Shown: piece after piece, positions 14,900 to 30,530 of the stretch
Position numbering within the stretch: the first letter of the stretch is position 1
Layout of the letters: every line of letters starts with the position of its first letter
Assembly: GCA_964016885.1 (NCBI GenBank)
Contig: OZ024753.1
Coordinates: 25,234,001-25,298,000 of the forward strand
DNA length: 64,000 bases
Source of the DNA: Eledone cirrhosa
Taxonomy: Eukaryota
Direction of reading: 5' to 3'
The notes under the pieces: model-generated
What the model was told of the DNA's origin: nothing
Seen by the model: the letters and a program-made list of their open reading frames with translations, nothing else
Database searches by the model: none
Translations under genes and position numbers: made by a program

Positions 14900-17800
14900 T
14901 AATAACTCCAGTCAAGATATAGAAACATAATAGTAATAACTCCAATCAAGGTATAGAAACATGATAGTAATAACTCCAGTCAAGATATAGAAACATGATA
15001 GTAATAACTCCAGCCAAGATATAGAAACATGATAGTAATAACTCCAACCAAGACATAGAAACATGATAGTAATAACTCCAACCAAGACATAGAAACATGA
15101 TAGTAATAACTCCAACCAAGACATAGAAACAGGATAGTAATAACTCCAACCAAGATATAGAAACAGAATAGTAATAACTCCAACCAAAATATAGAAACAT
15201 GATAGTAATAACTCCAACCAAGATATAGAAACAGGATAGTAATAACTCCAACCAAGACATAGAAACAGGATCGTAATAACTCCAACCAAAATATGGAAAC
15301 ATGATAGTAATAACTCCAATCAAGACATCGTAACAGGATAGTAATAACTCCAACCAAGACATAGAAACAGGATAGTAATAACTCCAACCAAGACATAGAA
15401 ACAGGATAGTAATAAGTCCAACCAAGACATAGAAACAGGATAGTAATAACTCCAGCCAAGATATTGAAACAGGATAGTAATAACTCCAACCAAGACATAG
15501 AAACAGGATTGTAATAACTCCAGCCATGATATAGAAACAGGATAGTAATAACTCCAACCAAGACATAGAAACAGGATAGTAATAACTCCAACTAAGATAT
15601 AGAAACATGATAGTAATAACTCCAGCCAAGATATAGAAACAGGTTAGTAATAACTCCAACCAAGACATAGAAACAGGATAGTAATAACTCCAACCAAGAT
15701 ATAGAAACATGATAGTAATAACTGCAGTCAAGATATAGAAACATGATAGTAATAACTCCAGTCAAGATATAGAAACATGATAGTAATAACTCCAACCAAG
15801 ACATAGAAACAGGATAGTATTAACTCCAGACAAGACATAGAAACAGGATAGTAATAACTCCAGACAAGACAGAGAAACAGGATAGTAATAACTCCAACCA
15901 AGATATAGAAACAGAATAGTAATAACCCCAACCAAAATATAGAAACATGATAGTAATAACTCCAACCAAGATATAGAAACAGGATAGTAATAACTCCAAC
16001 CAAGATATAGAAACAGAATAGTAATAACTCCAACCAAAATATAGAAACATGATAGTAATAACTCCAACCAAGATATAGAAACAGGATAGTAATAACTCCA
16101 ACCAAGACATAGAAACAGGATCGTAATAACTCCAACCAAAATATGGAAACATGATAGTAATAACTCCAATCAAGACATCGAAACAGGATAGTAATAACTC
16201 CAACCAAGACATAGAAACAGGATAGTAATAAGTCCAACCAAGACATAGAAACAGGATAGTAATAACTCCAGCCAAGATATTGAAACAGGATAGTAATAAC
16301 TCCAACCAAGACATAGAAACAGGATAGTAATAACTCCAGCCATGATATAGAAACAGGATAGTAATAACTCCAACCAAGACATAGAAACAGGATAGTAATA
16401 ACTCCAACCAAGATATAGAAACATGATAGTAATAACTCCAGCCAAGATATAGAAACAGGTTAGTAATAACTCCAACCAAGACATAGAAACAGGATAGTAA
16501 TAACTCCAACCAAGATATAGAAACATGATAGTAATAACTGCAGTCAAGATATAGAAACATGATAGTAATAACTCCAGTCAAGATATAGAAACATGATAGT
16601 AATAACTCCAACCAAGACATAGAAACAGGATAGTATTAACTCCAGACAAGACATAGAAACATGATAGTAATAACTCCAAACAAGACATAGAAATAGGATA
16701 GTAATAACTCCAGGCAAGACAGAGAAACATGATAGTAATAACTGCAGACAAGATATAGAAACATGATAGTAATAACTCCAACCAAGATATAGAAACATGA
16801 TAGTAATAACTCCAACCAAGACATAGAAACAGGATAGTAATAAGTCCAGACAAGAGATAGAAACATGATAGTAATAACTCCAACCAAGATATAGAAACAT
16901 GATAGTAATAACTCCAACCAAGATTATAGAAACATGATAGTAATAACTCCAACCAAGACATAGAAACATGATAGTAATAACTCCAACCAAGACATAGAAA
17001 CAGGATAGTAATAACTCCAACCAAGACATAGAAACAGGATAGTAATAACTCCAGACAAGACATAGAAACAGGATAGTAATAACTCCAGACAAGACATAGA
17101 AACATGATAGTAATAACTCCAACCAGGATATAGAAACATGATAGTAATAACTCCAACCAAGACATAGAAACAGGATAGTAATAACTCCAACCAAGACATA
17201 GAAACAGGATAGTAATAACTCCAGACAAGACATAGAAACAGGATAGTAATAACTCCAGACAAGACATAGAAACATGATAGTAATAAGTCCAACCAAAATA
17301 TAGAAACATGATAGTAATAACTCCAACCAAGATATAGAAACATGACAGTAATAACTCCAACCAAGACATAGAAACATGATAGTAATAACTCCAGTCAAGA
17401 TATAGAAACATGATATTAATAACTCCAGTCAAGATATAGAAACATGATAGTAATAACTCCAACCAAGATATAGAAACATGATAGTAATAACTCCAGTCAA
17501 GATATAAAAACATGATAGTAATAACTCCAACCAAGATATAGAAACATGACAGTAATAACTCCAACCAAGACATAGAAACATGATAGTAATAACTCCAGTC
17601 AAGATATAGAAACATGATAGTAATAACTCCAGTCAAGATATAGAAACATGATAGTAATAACTCCAGTCAAGATATAGAAACATGATAGTAATAACTCCAG
17701 TCAAGTTATAGAAACATGATAGTAATAACTCCAGTCAAGATATAGAAACATGATAGTAATAACTCCAATCAAGACATAGAAACATGATAGTAATAACTCC

Positions 17801-20800
17801 AGTCAAGATATAGAAACATGATAGTAATAACTCCAGTCAAGACATAGAAACATGATAGTAATAACTCCAGTCAAGACATAGAAACATAATAGTAATAACT
17901 CCAGTCAAGATATAGAAACATAATAGTAATAACTCCAATCAAGGTATAGAAACATGATAGTAATAACTCCAGTCAAGATATAGAAACATGATAGTAATAA
18001 CTCCAGCCAAGATATAGAAACATGATAGTAATAACTCCAACCAAGACATAGAAACAGGATAGTAATAACTCCAACCACGACATAGAAACAGGATAGTAAT
18101 AACTCCAGACAAGACATAGAAACAGGATAGTAATAACTCCAGACAAGACATAGAAACAGGATAGTAATAACTCCAGACAAGACTGAGAAACATGATAGTA
18201 ATAACTCCAACCAAGACATAGAAACATGATAGTAATAACTCCAGTCAAGATATAGAAATATGATAGTAATAACTCGAGTCAAGATATAGAAACATGATAC
18301 TAATAACTCCAGCCAAGACATAGAAACATGATAGTAATAACTCCAGCCAAGACATAGAAACATGATAGTAATAACTCCCGCCAAGATATAGAAACATTAT
18401 AGTAATAACTCCAGTCAAGACATAGAAACATGATAGTAATAACTCCAGTCAAGACATAGAAACATGATAGTAATAACACCTGCCAAGATATAGAAACATT
18501 ATAGTAGTAACTCCAGTCAAGACATAGAAACATGATAGTAATAACTCCAGACAAGACATAGAAACATGATAGTAATAACTCCAGACAAGACATAGAAACA
18601 TGATAGTAATAACTCCAACCAAGATATAGAAACATGATAGTAATAACTCCAGTCAAGATATAAAAACATGATAGTAATAACTCCAAACGAGACATAGAAA
18701 CATGATAGTAATAACTCCAGTGAAGATATAGAAACATGATAGTAATAACTCCAGACAAGATATAGAAACAGGATAGTAATAACCCCAATCAAGATATAGA
18801 AACATGATAGTAATAACTCCAGTCAAGATATAGAAACATGATAGTAATAACCCCAATCAAGATATAGAAACAGGATAGTAATAACTCCAGTCAAGATATA
18901 GAAACATGATAGTAATAACTCCAATCAAGACATAGAAACATTATAGTGATAACTCCAGTCAAGAGATAGAAACATGATAGTAATAACTCCAACCAAGACA
19001 TAGAAACATGATAGTAATAACTCCAGTCAAGATATAGAAACATGATAGTAATAACTCCAACCAAGACATAGAAACATTATAGTAATAACTCCAGTCAAGA
19101 GATAGAAACATGATAGTAATAACTCCAACCAAGACATAGAAACATGATAGTAATAACTCCAGTCAAGAGATAGAAACATGATAGTAATAACTCCAACCAA
19201 GACATAGAAACATGATAGTAATAACTCCAACCAAGATATAGAAACAGAATAGTAATAACTCCAACCAAAATATAGAAACATGATAGTAATAACTCCAACC
19301 AAGATATAGAAACAGGATAGTAATAACTCCAACCAAGACATAGAAACAGGATCGTAATAACTCCAACCAAAATATGGAAACATGATAGTAATAACTCCAA
19401 TCAAGACATCGAAACAGGATAGTAATAACTCCAACCAAGACATAGAAACAGGATAGTAATAACTCCAACCAAGACATAGAAACAGGATAGTAATAAGTCC
19501 AACCAAGACATAGAAACAGGATAGTAATAACTCCAGCCAAGATATTGAAACAGGATAGTAATAACTCCAACCAAGACATAGAAACAGGATTGTAATAACT
19601 CCAGCCATGATATAGAAACAGGATAGTAATAACTCCAACCAAGACATAGAAACAGGATAGTAATAACTCCAACTAAGATATAGAAACATGATAGTAATAA
19701 CTCCAGCCAAGATATAGAAACAGGTTAGTAATAACTCCAACCAAGACATAGAAACAGGATAGTAATAACTCCAACCAAGATATAGAAACATGATAGTAAT
19801 AACTGCAGTCAAGATATAGAAACATGATAGTAATAACTCCAGTCAAGATATAGAAACATGATAGTAATAACTCCAACCAAGACATAGAAACAGGATAGTA
19901 TTAACTCCAGACAAGACATAGAAACAGGATAGTAATAACTCCAGACAAGACAGAGAAACAGGATAGTAATAACTCCAACCAAGATATAGAAACAGAATAG
20001 TAATAACTCCAACCAAAATATAGAAACATGATAGTAATAACTCCAACCAAGATATAGAAACAGGATAGTAATAACTCCAATCAAGACATCGAAACAGGAT
20101 AGTAATAACTCCAACCAAGACATAGAAACAGGATAGTAATAACTCCAACCAAGACATAGAAACAGGATAGTAATAAGTCCAACCAAGACATAGAAACAGG
20201 ATAGTAATAACTCCAGCCAAGATATTGAAACAGGATAGTAATAACTCCAACCAAGACATAGAAACAGGATAGTAATAACTCCAGCCATGATATAGAAACA
20301 GGATAGTAATAACTCCAACCAAGACATAGAAACAGGATAGTAATAACTCCAACCAAGATATAGAAACATGATAGTAATAACTCCAGCCAAGATATAGAAA
20401 CAGGTTAGTAATAACTCCAACCAAGACATAGAAACAGGATAGTAATAACTCCAACCAAGATATAGAAACATGATAGTAATAACTGCAGTCAAGATATAGA
20501 AACATGATAGTAATAACTCCAGTCAAGATATAGAAACATGATAGTAATAACTCCAACCAAGACATAGAAACAGGATAGTATTAACTCCAGACAAGACATA
20601 GAAACAGGATAGTAATAACTCCAGACAAGACAGAGAAACATGATAGTAATAACTCCAACCAAGACATAGAAATAGGATAGTAATAACTCCAGGCAAGACA
20701 TAGAAATAGTATAGTAATAACTCCAGACAAGACAGAGAAACATGATAGTAATAACTGCAGACAAGATATAGAAACATGATAGTAATAACTCCAACCAAGA

Positions 20801-23800
20801 TATAGAAACATGATAGTAATAACTCCAACCAAGACATAGAAACAGGATAGTAATAAGTCCAGACAAGAGATAGAAACATGATAGTAATAACTCCAACCAA
20901 GATATAGAAACATGATAGTAATAACTCCAACCAAGATATAGAAACATGATAGTAATAACTCCAACCAAGACATAGAAACATGATAGTAATAACTCCAACC
21001 AAGACATAGAAACAGGATAGTAATAACTCCAACCAAGACATAGAAACAGGATAGTAATAACTCCAGACAAGACATAGAAACAGGATAGTAATAACTCCAG
21101 ACAAGACATAGAAACATGATAGTAATAACTCCAACCAAGATATAGAAACATGATAGTAATAACTCCAACCAAGACATAGAAACAGGATAGTAATAACTCC
21201 AACCAAGACATAGAAACAGGATAGTAATAACTCCAGACAAGACATAGAAACAGGATAGTAATAACTCCAGACAAGACATAGAAACATGATAGTAATAAGT
21301 CCAACCATAATATAGAAACATGATAGTAATAACTCCAACCAAGATATAGAAACATGACAGTAATAACTCCAACCAAGACATAGAAACATGATAGTAATAA
21401 CTCCAGTCAAGATATAGAAACATGATATTAATAACTCCAGTCAAGATATAGAAACATGATAGTAATAACTCCAACCAAGATATAGAAACATGATAGTAAT
21501 AACTCCAGTCAAGATATAAAAACATGATAGTAATAACTCCAACCAAGATATAGAAACATGACAGTAATAACTCCAACCAAGACATAGAAACATGATAGTA
21601 ATAACTCCAGTCAAGATATAGAAACATGATAGTAATAACTCCAGTCAAGATATAGAAACATGATAGTAATAACTCCAGTCAAGATATAGAAACATGATAG
21701 TAATAACTCCAGTCAAGTTATAGAAACATGATAGTAATAACTCCAGTCAAGATATAGAAACATGATAGTAATAACTCCAATCAAGACATAGAAACATGAT
21801 AGTAATAACTCCAGTCAAGATATAGAAACATGATAGTAATAACTCCAGTCAAGACATAGAAACATGATAGTAATAACTCCAGTCAAGACATAGAAACATA
21901 ATAGTAATAACTCCAGTCAAGATATAGAAACATAATAGTAATAACTCCAATCAAGGTATAGAAACATGATAGTAATAACTCCAGTCAAGATATAGAAACA
22001 TGATAGTAATAACTCCAGCCAAGATATAGAAACATGATAGTAATAACTCCAACCAAGACATAGAAACAGGATAGTAATAACTCCAACCAAGACATAGAAA
22101 CAGGATAGTAATAACTCCAGACAAGACATAGAAACAGGATAGTAATAACTCCAGACAAGACATAGAAACAGGATAGTAATAACTCCAGACAAGACATAGA
22201 AACATGATAGTAATAACTCCAACCAATACATAGAAACAGGATAGTAATAACTCCAGACAAGACTGAGAAACATGATAGTAATAACTCCAACCAAGACATA
22301 GAAACATGATAGTAATAACTCCAGTCAAGATATAGAAATATGATAGTAATAACTCGAGTCAAGATATAGAAACATGATACTAATAACTCCAGCCAAGACA
22401 TAGAAACATGATAGTAATAACTCCAGCCAAGACATAGAAAGATGATATTAATAACTCCCGCCAAGATATAGAAACATTATAGTAATAACTCCAGTCAAGA
22501 TATAGAAACATGATAGTAATAACTCCAGTCAAGACATAGAAACATGATAGTAATAAGACCTGCCAAGATATAGAAACATTATAGTAGTAACTCCAGTCAA
22601 GACATAGAAACATGATAGTAATAACTCCAGACAAGACATAGAAACATGATAGTAATAACTCCAGACAAGACATAGAAACATGATAGTAATAACTCCAACC
22701 AAGATATAGAAACATGATAGTAATAACTCCAGTCAAGATATAAAAACATGATAGTAATAACTCCAAACGAGACATAGAAACATGATAGTAATAACTCCAG
22801 TGAAGATATAGAAACATGATAGTAATAACTCCAGACAAGATATAGAAACAGGATAGTAATAACCCCAATCAAGATATAGAAACATGATAGTAATAACTCC
22901 AGTCAAGATATAGAAACATGATAGTAATAACCCCAATCAAGATATAGAAACAGGATAGTAATAACTCCAGTCAAGATATAGAAACATGATAGTAATAACT
23001 CCAATCAAGACATAGAAACATTATAGTAATAACTCCAGTCAAGAGATAGAAACATGATAGTAATAACTCCAACCAAGACATAGAAACATGATAGTAATAA
23101 CTCCAACCAAGATATAGAAACAGAATAGTAATAACTCCAACCAAAATATAGAAACATGATAGTAATAACTCCAACCAAGATATAGAAACAGGATAGTAAT
23201 AACTCCAACCAAGACATAGAAACAGGATCGTAATAACTCCAACCAAAATATGGAAACATGATAGTAATAACTCCAATCAAGACATCGAAACAGGATAGTA
23301 ATAACTCCAACCAAGACATAGAAACAGGATAGTAATAACTCCAACCAAGACATAGAAACAGGATAGTAATAAGTCCAACCAAGACATAGAAACAGGATAG
23401 TAATAATTCCAGCCAAGATATTGAAACAGGATAGTAATAACTCCAACCAAGACATAGAAACAGGATTGTAATAACTCCAGCCATGATATAGAAACAGGAT
23501 AGTAATAACTCCAACCAAGACATAGAAACAGGATAGTAATAACTCCAACTAAGATATAGAAACATGATAGTAATAACTCCAGCCAAGATATAGAAACAGG
23601 TTAGTAATAACTGCAACCAAGACATAGAAACAGGATAGTAATAACTCCAACCAAGATATAGAAACATGATAGTAATAACTGCAGTCAAGATATAGAAACA
23701 TGATAGTAATAACTCCAGTCAAGATATAGAAACATGATAGTAATAACTCCAACCAAGACATAGAAACAGGATAGTATTAACTCCAGACAAGACATAGAAA

Positions 23801-26750
23801 CAGGATAGTAATAACTCCAGACAAGACAGAGAAACAGGATAGTAATAACTCCAACCAAGATATAGAAACAGAATAGTAATAACTCCAACCAAAATATAGA
23901 AACATGATAGTAATAACTCCAACCAAGATATAGAAACAGGATAGTAATAACTCCAACCAAGACATAGAAACAGGATCGTAATAACTCCAACCAAAATATG
24001 GAAACATGATAGTAATAACTCCAATCAAGACATCGAAACAGGATAGTAATAACTCCAACCAAGACATAGAAACAGGATAGTAATAACTCCAACCAAGACA
24101 TAGAAACAGGATAGTAATAAGTCCAACCAAGACATAGAAACAGGATAGTAATAACTCCAGCCAAGATATTGAAACAGGATAGTAATAACTCCAACCAAGA
24201 CATAGAAACAGGATAGTAATAACTCCAGCCATGATATAGAAACAGGATAGTAATAACTCCAACCAAGACATAGAAACAGGATAGTAATAACTCCAACCAA
24301 GATATAGAAACATGATAGTAATAACTCCAGCCAAGATATAGAAACAGGTTAGTAATAACTCCAACCAAGACATAGAAACAGGATAGTAATAACTCCAACC
24401 AAGATATAGAAACATGATAGTAATAACTGCAGTCAAGATATAGAAACATGATAGTATTAACTCCAGACAAGACATAGAAACAGGATAGTAATAACTCCAG
24501 ACAAGACAGAGAAACATGATAGTAATAACTCCAAACAAGACATAGAAATAGGATAGTAATAACTCCAGGCAAGACATAGAAATAGTATAGTAATAACTCC
24601 AGACAAGACAGAGAAACATGATAGTAATAACTGCAGACAAGATATAGAAACATGATAGTAATAACTCCAACCAAGATATAGAAACATGATAGTAATAACT
24701 CCAACCAAGACATAGAAACAGGATAGTAATAAGTCCAGACAAGAGATAGAAACATGATAGTAATAACTCCAACCAAGATATAGAAACATGATAGTAATAA
24801 CTCCAACCAAGATATAGAAACATGATAGTAATAACTCCAACCAAGACATAGAAACATGATAGTAATAACTCCAACCAAGACATAGAAACAGGATAGTAAT
24901 AACTCCAACCAAGACATAGAAACAGGATAGTAATAACTCCAGACAAGACATAGAAACATGATAGTAATAACTCCAACCAAGATATAGAAACATGATAGTA
25001 ATAACTCCAACCAAGACATAGAAACAGGATAGTAATAACTCCAACCAAGACATAGAAACAGGATAGTAATAACTCCAGACAAGACATAGAAACAGGATAG
25101 TAATAACTCCAGACAAGACATAGAAACATGATAGTAATAAGTCCAACCAAAATATAGAAACATGATAGTAATAACTCCAACCAAGATATAGAAACATGAC
25201 AGTAATAACTCCAACCAAGACATAGAAACATGATAGTAATAACTCCAGTCAAGATATAGAAACATGATATTAATAACTCCAGTCAAGATATAGAAACATG
25301 ATAGTAATAACTCCAACCAAGATATAGAAACATGATAGTAATAACTCCAGTCAAGATATAAAAACATGATAGTAATAACTCCAACCAAGATATAGAAACA
25401 TGACAGTAATAACTCCAACCAAGACATAGAAACATGATAGTAATAACTCCAGTCAAGATATAGAAACATGATAGTAATAACTCCAGTCAAGATATAGAAA
25501 CATGATAGTAATAACTCCAGTCAAGATATAGAAACATGATAGTAATAACTCCAGTCAAGTTATAGAAACATGATAGTAATAACTCCAGTCAAGATATAGA
25601 AACATGATAGTAATAACTCCAATCAAGACATAGAAACATGATAGTAATAACTCCAGTCAAGATATAGAAACATGATAGTAATAACTCCAGTCAAGACATA
25701 GAAACATGATAGTAATAACTCCAGTCAAGACATAGAAACATAATAGTCATAACTCCAGTCAAGATATAGAAACATAATAATAATAACTCCAATCAAGGTA
25801 TAGAAACATGATAGTAATAACTCCAGTCAAGATATAGAAACATGATAGTAATAACTCCAGCCAAGATATAGAAACATGATAGTAATAACTCCAACCAAGA
25901 CATAGAAACAGGATAGTAATAACTCCAACCAAGACATAGAAACAGGATAGTAATAACTCCAGACAAGACATAGAAACAGGATAGTAATAACTCCAGACAA
26001 GACATAGAAACAGGATAGTAATAACTCCAGACAAGACATAGAAACATGATAGTAATAACTCCAACCAATACATAGAAACAGGATAGTAATAACTCCAGAC
26101 AAGACTGAGAAACATGATAGTAATAACTCCAACCAAGACATAGAAACATGATAGTAATAACTCCAGTCAAGATATAGAAATATGATAGTAATAACTCGAG
26201 TCAAGATATAGAAACATGATACTAATAACTCCAGCCAAGACATAGAAACATGATAGTAATAACTCCAGCCAAGACATAGAAACATGATAGTAATAACTCC
26301 CGCCAAGATATAGAAACATTATAGTAATAACTCCAGTCAAGACATAGAAACATGATAGTAATAACTCCAGTCAAGACATAGAAACATGATAGTAATAACA
26401 CCTGCCAAGATATAGAAACATTATAGTAGTAACTCCAGTAAAGACATAGAAACATGATAGTAATAACTCCAGACAAGACATAGAAACATGATAGTAATAA
26501 CTCCAGACAAGACATAGAAACATGATAGTAATAACTCCAACCAAGATATAGAAACATGATAGTAATAACTCCAGTCAAGATATAAAAACATGATAGTAAT
26601 AACTCCAAACAAGACATAGAAACATGATAGTAATAACTCCAGTGAAGATATAGAAACATGATAGTAATAACTCCAGACAAGATATAGAAACAGGATAGTA
26701 ATAACCCCAATCAAGATATAGAAACATGATAGTAATAACTCCAGTCAAGA
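14900..26750. repeat. Three HOR copies of about 3.8-4.1 kb (113-120 monomers)
   Basis: The private markers ggattgt (about 15506, 19587, 23463) and caactaag (about 15589, 19670, 23546) recur. The XhoI-site module occurs at 18273, 22353 and 26195. Confidence 0.82.
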
Positions 26751-27930
26751 TATAGAAACATGATAGTAATAACTCCAATCAAGACATAGAAACATGATAG
26801 TAATAACTCCAGTCAAGATATAGAAACATGATAGTAATAACTCCAGTCAAGACATAGAAACATGATAGTAATAACTCCAGTCAAGACATAGAAACATAAT
26901 AGTCATAACTCCAGTCAAGATATAGAAACATAATAATAATAACTCCAATCAAGGTATAGAAACATGATAGTAATAACTCCAGTCAAGATATAGAAACATG
27001 ATAGTAATAACTCCAGCCAAGATATAGAAACATGATAGTAATAACTCCAACCAAGACATAGAAACAGGATAGTAATAACTCCAACCAAGACATAGAAACA
27101 GGATAGTAATAACTCCAGACAAGACATAGAAACAGGATAGTAATAACTCCAGACAAGACATAGAAACAGGATAGTAATAACTCCAGACAAGACATAGAAA
27201 CATGATAGTAATAACTCCAACCAATACATAGAAACAGGATAGTAATAACTCCAGACAAGACTGAGAAACATGATAGTAATAACTCCAACCAAGACATAGA
27301 AACATGATAGTAATAACTCCAGTCAAGATATAGAAATATGATAGTAATAACTCGAGTCAAGATATAGAAACATGATACTAATAACTCCAGCCAAGACATA
27401 GAAACATGATAGTAATAACTCCAGCCAAGACATAGAAACATGATAGTAATAACTCCCGCCAAGATATAGAAACATTATAGTAATAACTCCAGTCAAGACA
27501 TAGAAACATGATAGTAATAACTCCAGTCAAGACATAGAAACATGATAGTAATAACACCTGCCAAGATATAGAAACATTATAGTAGTAACTCCAGTCAAGA
27601 CATAGAAACATGATAGTAATAACTCCAGACAAGACATAGAAACATGATAGTAATAACTCCAGACAAGACATAGAAACATGATAGTAATAACTCCAACCAA
27701 GATATAGAAACATGATAGTAATAACTCCAGTCAAGATATAAAAACATGATAGTAATAACTCCAAACAAGACATAGAAACATGATAGTAATAACTCCAGTG
27801 AAGATATAGAAACATGATAGTAATAACTCCAGACAAGATATAGAAACAGGATAGTAATAACCCCAATCAAGATATAGAAACATGATAGTAATAACTCCAG
27901 TCAAGATATAGAAACATGATAGTAATAACC
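25565..27930. repeat. Tandem duplication of a 34-monomer block (1,156 bp offset)
   Basis: tagtcat occurs at about 25744 and 26900, and CTCGAG at 26195 and 27351. Identical ORFs lie at 25759/26915 and 25793/26949. Confidence 0.9.
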
Positions 27931-30530
27931 CCAATCAAGATATAGAAACAGGATAGTAATAACTCCAGTCAAGATATAGAAACATGATAGTAATAACTCC
28001 AATCAAGACATAGAAACATTATAGTAATAACTCCAGTCAAGAGATAGAAACATGATAGTAATAACTCCAACCAAGACATAGAAACATGATAGTAATAACT
28101 CCAGTCAAGATATAGAAACATGATAGTAATAACCCCAATCAAGTTATAGAAACATGATAGTAATAACCCCAACCAAGACATAGAAACATGATAGTAATAA
28201 CTCCAACCAAAATATAGAAACATGATAGTAATAACTCCAACCAAGATATAGAAACAGGATAGTAATAACTCCAACCAAGACATAGAAACAGGTTCGTAAT
28301 AACTCCAACCAAAATATGGAAACATGATAGTAATAACTCCAATCAAGACATCGAAACAGGATAGTAATAACTCCAACCAAGACATAGAAACATGACAGTA
28401 ATAACTCCAACCAAGACATAGAAACAGGATAGTAATAAGTCCAACCAAGACATAGAAACAGGATAGTAATAACTCCAGCCAAGATATTGAAACAGGATAG
28501 TAATAACTCCAACCAAGACATAGAAACAGGATAGTAATAACTCCAGCCATGATATAGAAACAGGATAGTAATAACTCCAACCAAGACATAGAAACAGGAT
28601 AGTAATAACTCCAACCAAGATATAGAAACATGATAGTAATAACTCCAGCCAAGATATAGAAACAGGTTAGTAATAACTCCAACCAAGACATAGAAACAGG
28701 ATAGTAATAACTCCAGTCAAGATATAGAAACATGATAGTAATAACTCCAGTCAAGACATAGAAACATGATAGTAATAACTCCAGTCAAGACATAGAAACA
28801 TAATAGTCATAACTCCAGTCAAGATATAGAAACATAATAATAATAACTCCAATCAAGGTATAGAAACATGATAGTAATAACTCCAGTCAAGATATAGAAA
28901 CATGATAGTAATAACTCCAGCCAAGATATAGAAACATGATAGTAATAACTCCAACCAAGACATAGAAACAGGATAGTAATAACTCCAACCAAGACATAGA
29001 AACAGGATAGTAATAACTCCAGACAAGACATAGAAACATGATAGTAATAACTCCAACCAATACATAGAAACAGGATAGTAATAACTCCAGACAAGACTGA
29101 GAAACATGATAGTAATAACTCCAACCAAGACATAGAAACATGATAGTAATAACTCCAGTCAAGATATAGAAATATGATAGTAATAACTCGAGTCAAGATA
29201 TAGAAACATGATACTAATAACTCCAGCCAAGACATAGAAACATGATAGTAATAACTCCAGCCAAGACATAGAAACATGATAGTAATAACTCCCGCCAAGA
29301 TATAGAAACATTATAGTAATAACTCCAGTCAAGACATAGAAACATGATAGTAATAACTCCAGTCAAGACATAGAAACATGATAGTAATAACACCTGCCAA
29401 GATATAGAAACATTATAGTAGTAACTCCAGTCAAGACATAGAAACATGATAGTAATAACTCCAGACAAGACATAGAAACATGATAGTAATAACTCCAGAC
29501 AAGACATAGAAACATGATAGTAATAACTCCAACCAAGATATAGAAACATGATAGTAATAACTCCAGTCAAGATATAAAAACATGATAGTAATAACTCCAA
29601 ACAAGACATAGAAACATGATAGTAATAACTCCAGTGAAGATATAGAAACATGATAGTAATAACTCCAGACAAGATATAGAAACAGGATAGTAATAACCCC
29701 AATCAAGATATAGAAACATGATAGTAATAACTCCAGTCAAGATATAGAAACATGATAGTAATAACCCCAATCAAGATATAGAAACAGGATAGTAATAACT
29801 CCAGTCAAGATATAGAAACATGATAGTAATAACTCCAATCAAGACATAGAAACATTATAGTAATAACTCCAGTCAAGAGATAGAAACATGATAGTAATAA
29901 CTCCAACCAAGACATAGAAACATGATAGTAATAACTCCAGTCAAGATATAGAAACATGATAGTAATAACCCCAATCAAGTTATAGAAACATGATAGTAAT
30001 AACCCCAACCAAGACATAGAAACATGATAGTAATAACTCCAACCAAAATATAGAAACATGATAGTAATAACTCCAACCAAGATATAGAAACAGGATAGTA
30101 ATAACTCCAACCAAGACATAGAAACAGGTTCGTAATAACTCCAACCAAAATATGGAAACATGATAGTAATAACTCCAATCAAGACATCGAAACAGGATAG
30201 TAATAACTCCAACCAAGACATAGAAACAGGATAGTAATAACTCCAACCAAGACATAGAAACAGGATAGTAATAAGTCCAACCAAGACATAGAAACAGGAT
30301 AGTAATAACTCCAGCCAAGATATTGAAACAGGATAGTAATAACTCCAACCAAGACATAGAAACAGGATAGTAATAACTCCAGCCATGATATAGAAACAGG
30401 ATAGTAATAACTCCAACCAAGACATAGAAACAGGATAGTAATAACTCCAACCAAGATATAGAAACATGATAGTAATAACTCCAGCCAAGATATAGAAACA
30501 GGTTAGTAATAACTCCAACCAAGACATAGA
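26800..30530. repeat. Tandem duplication of a 54-56-monomer block (offset 1,904 bp, then 1,836 bp after a 2-monomer loss)
   Basis: tagtcat occurs at 26900 and 28804, CTCGAG at 27351 and 29187, and ggttcg at about 28291 and 30127. Confidence 0.85.
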
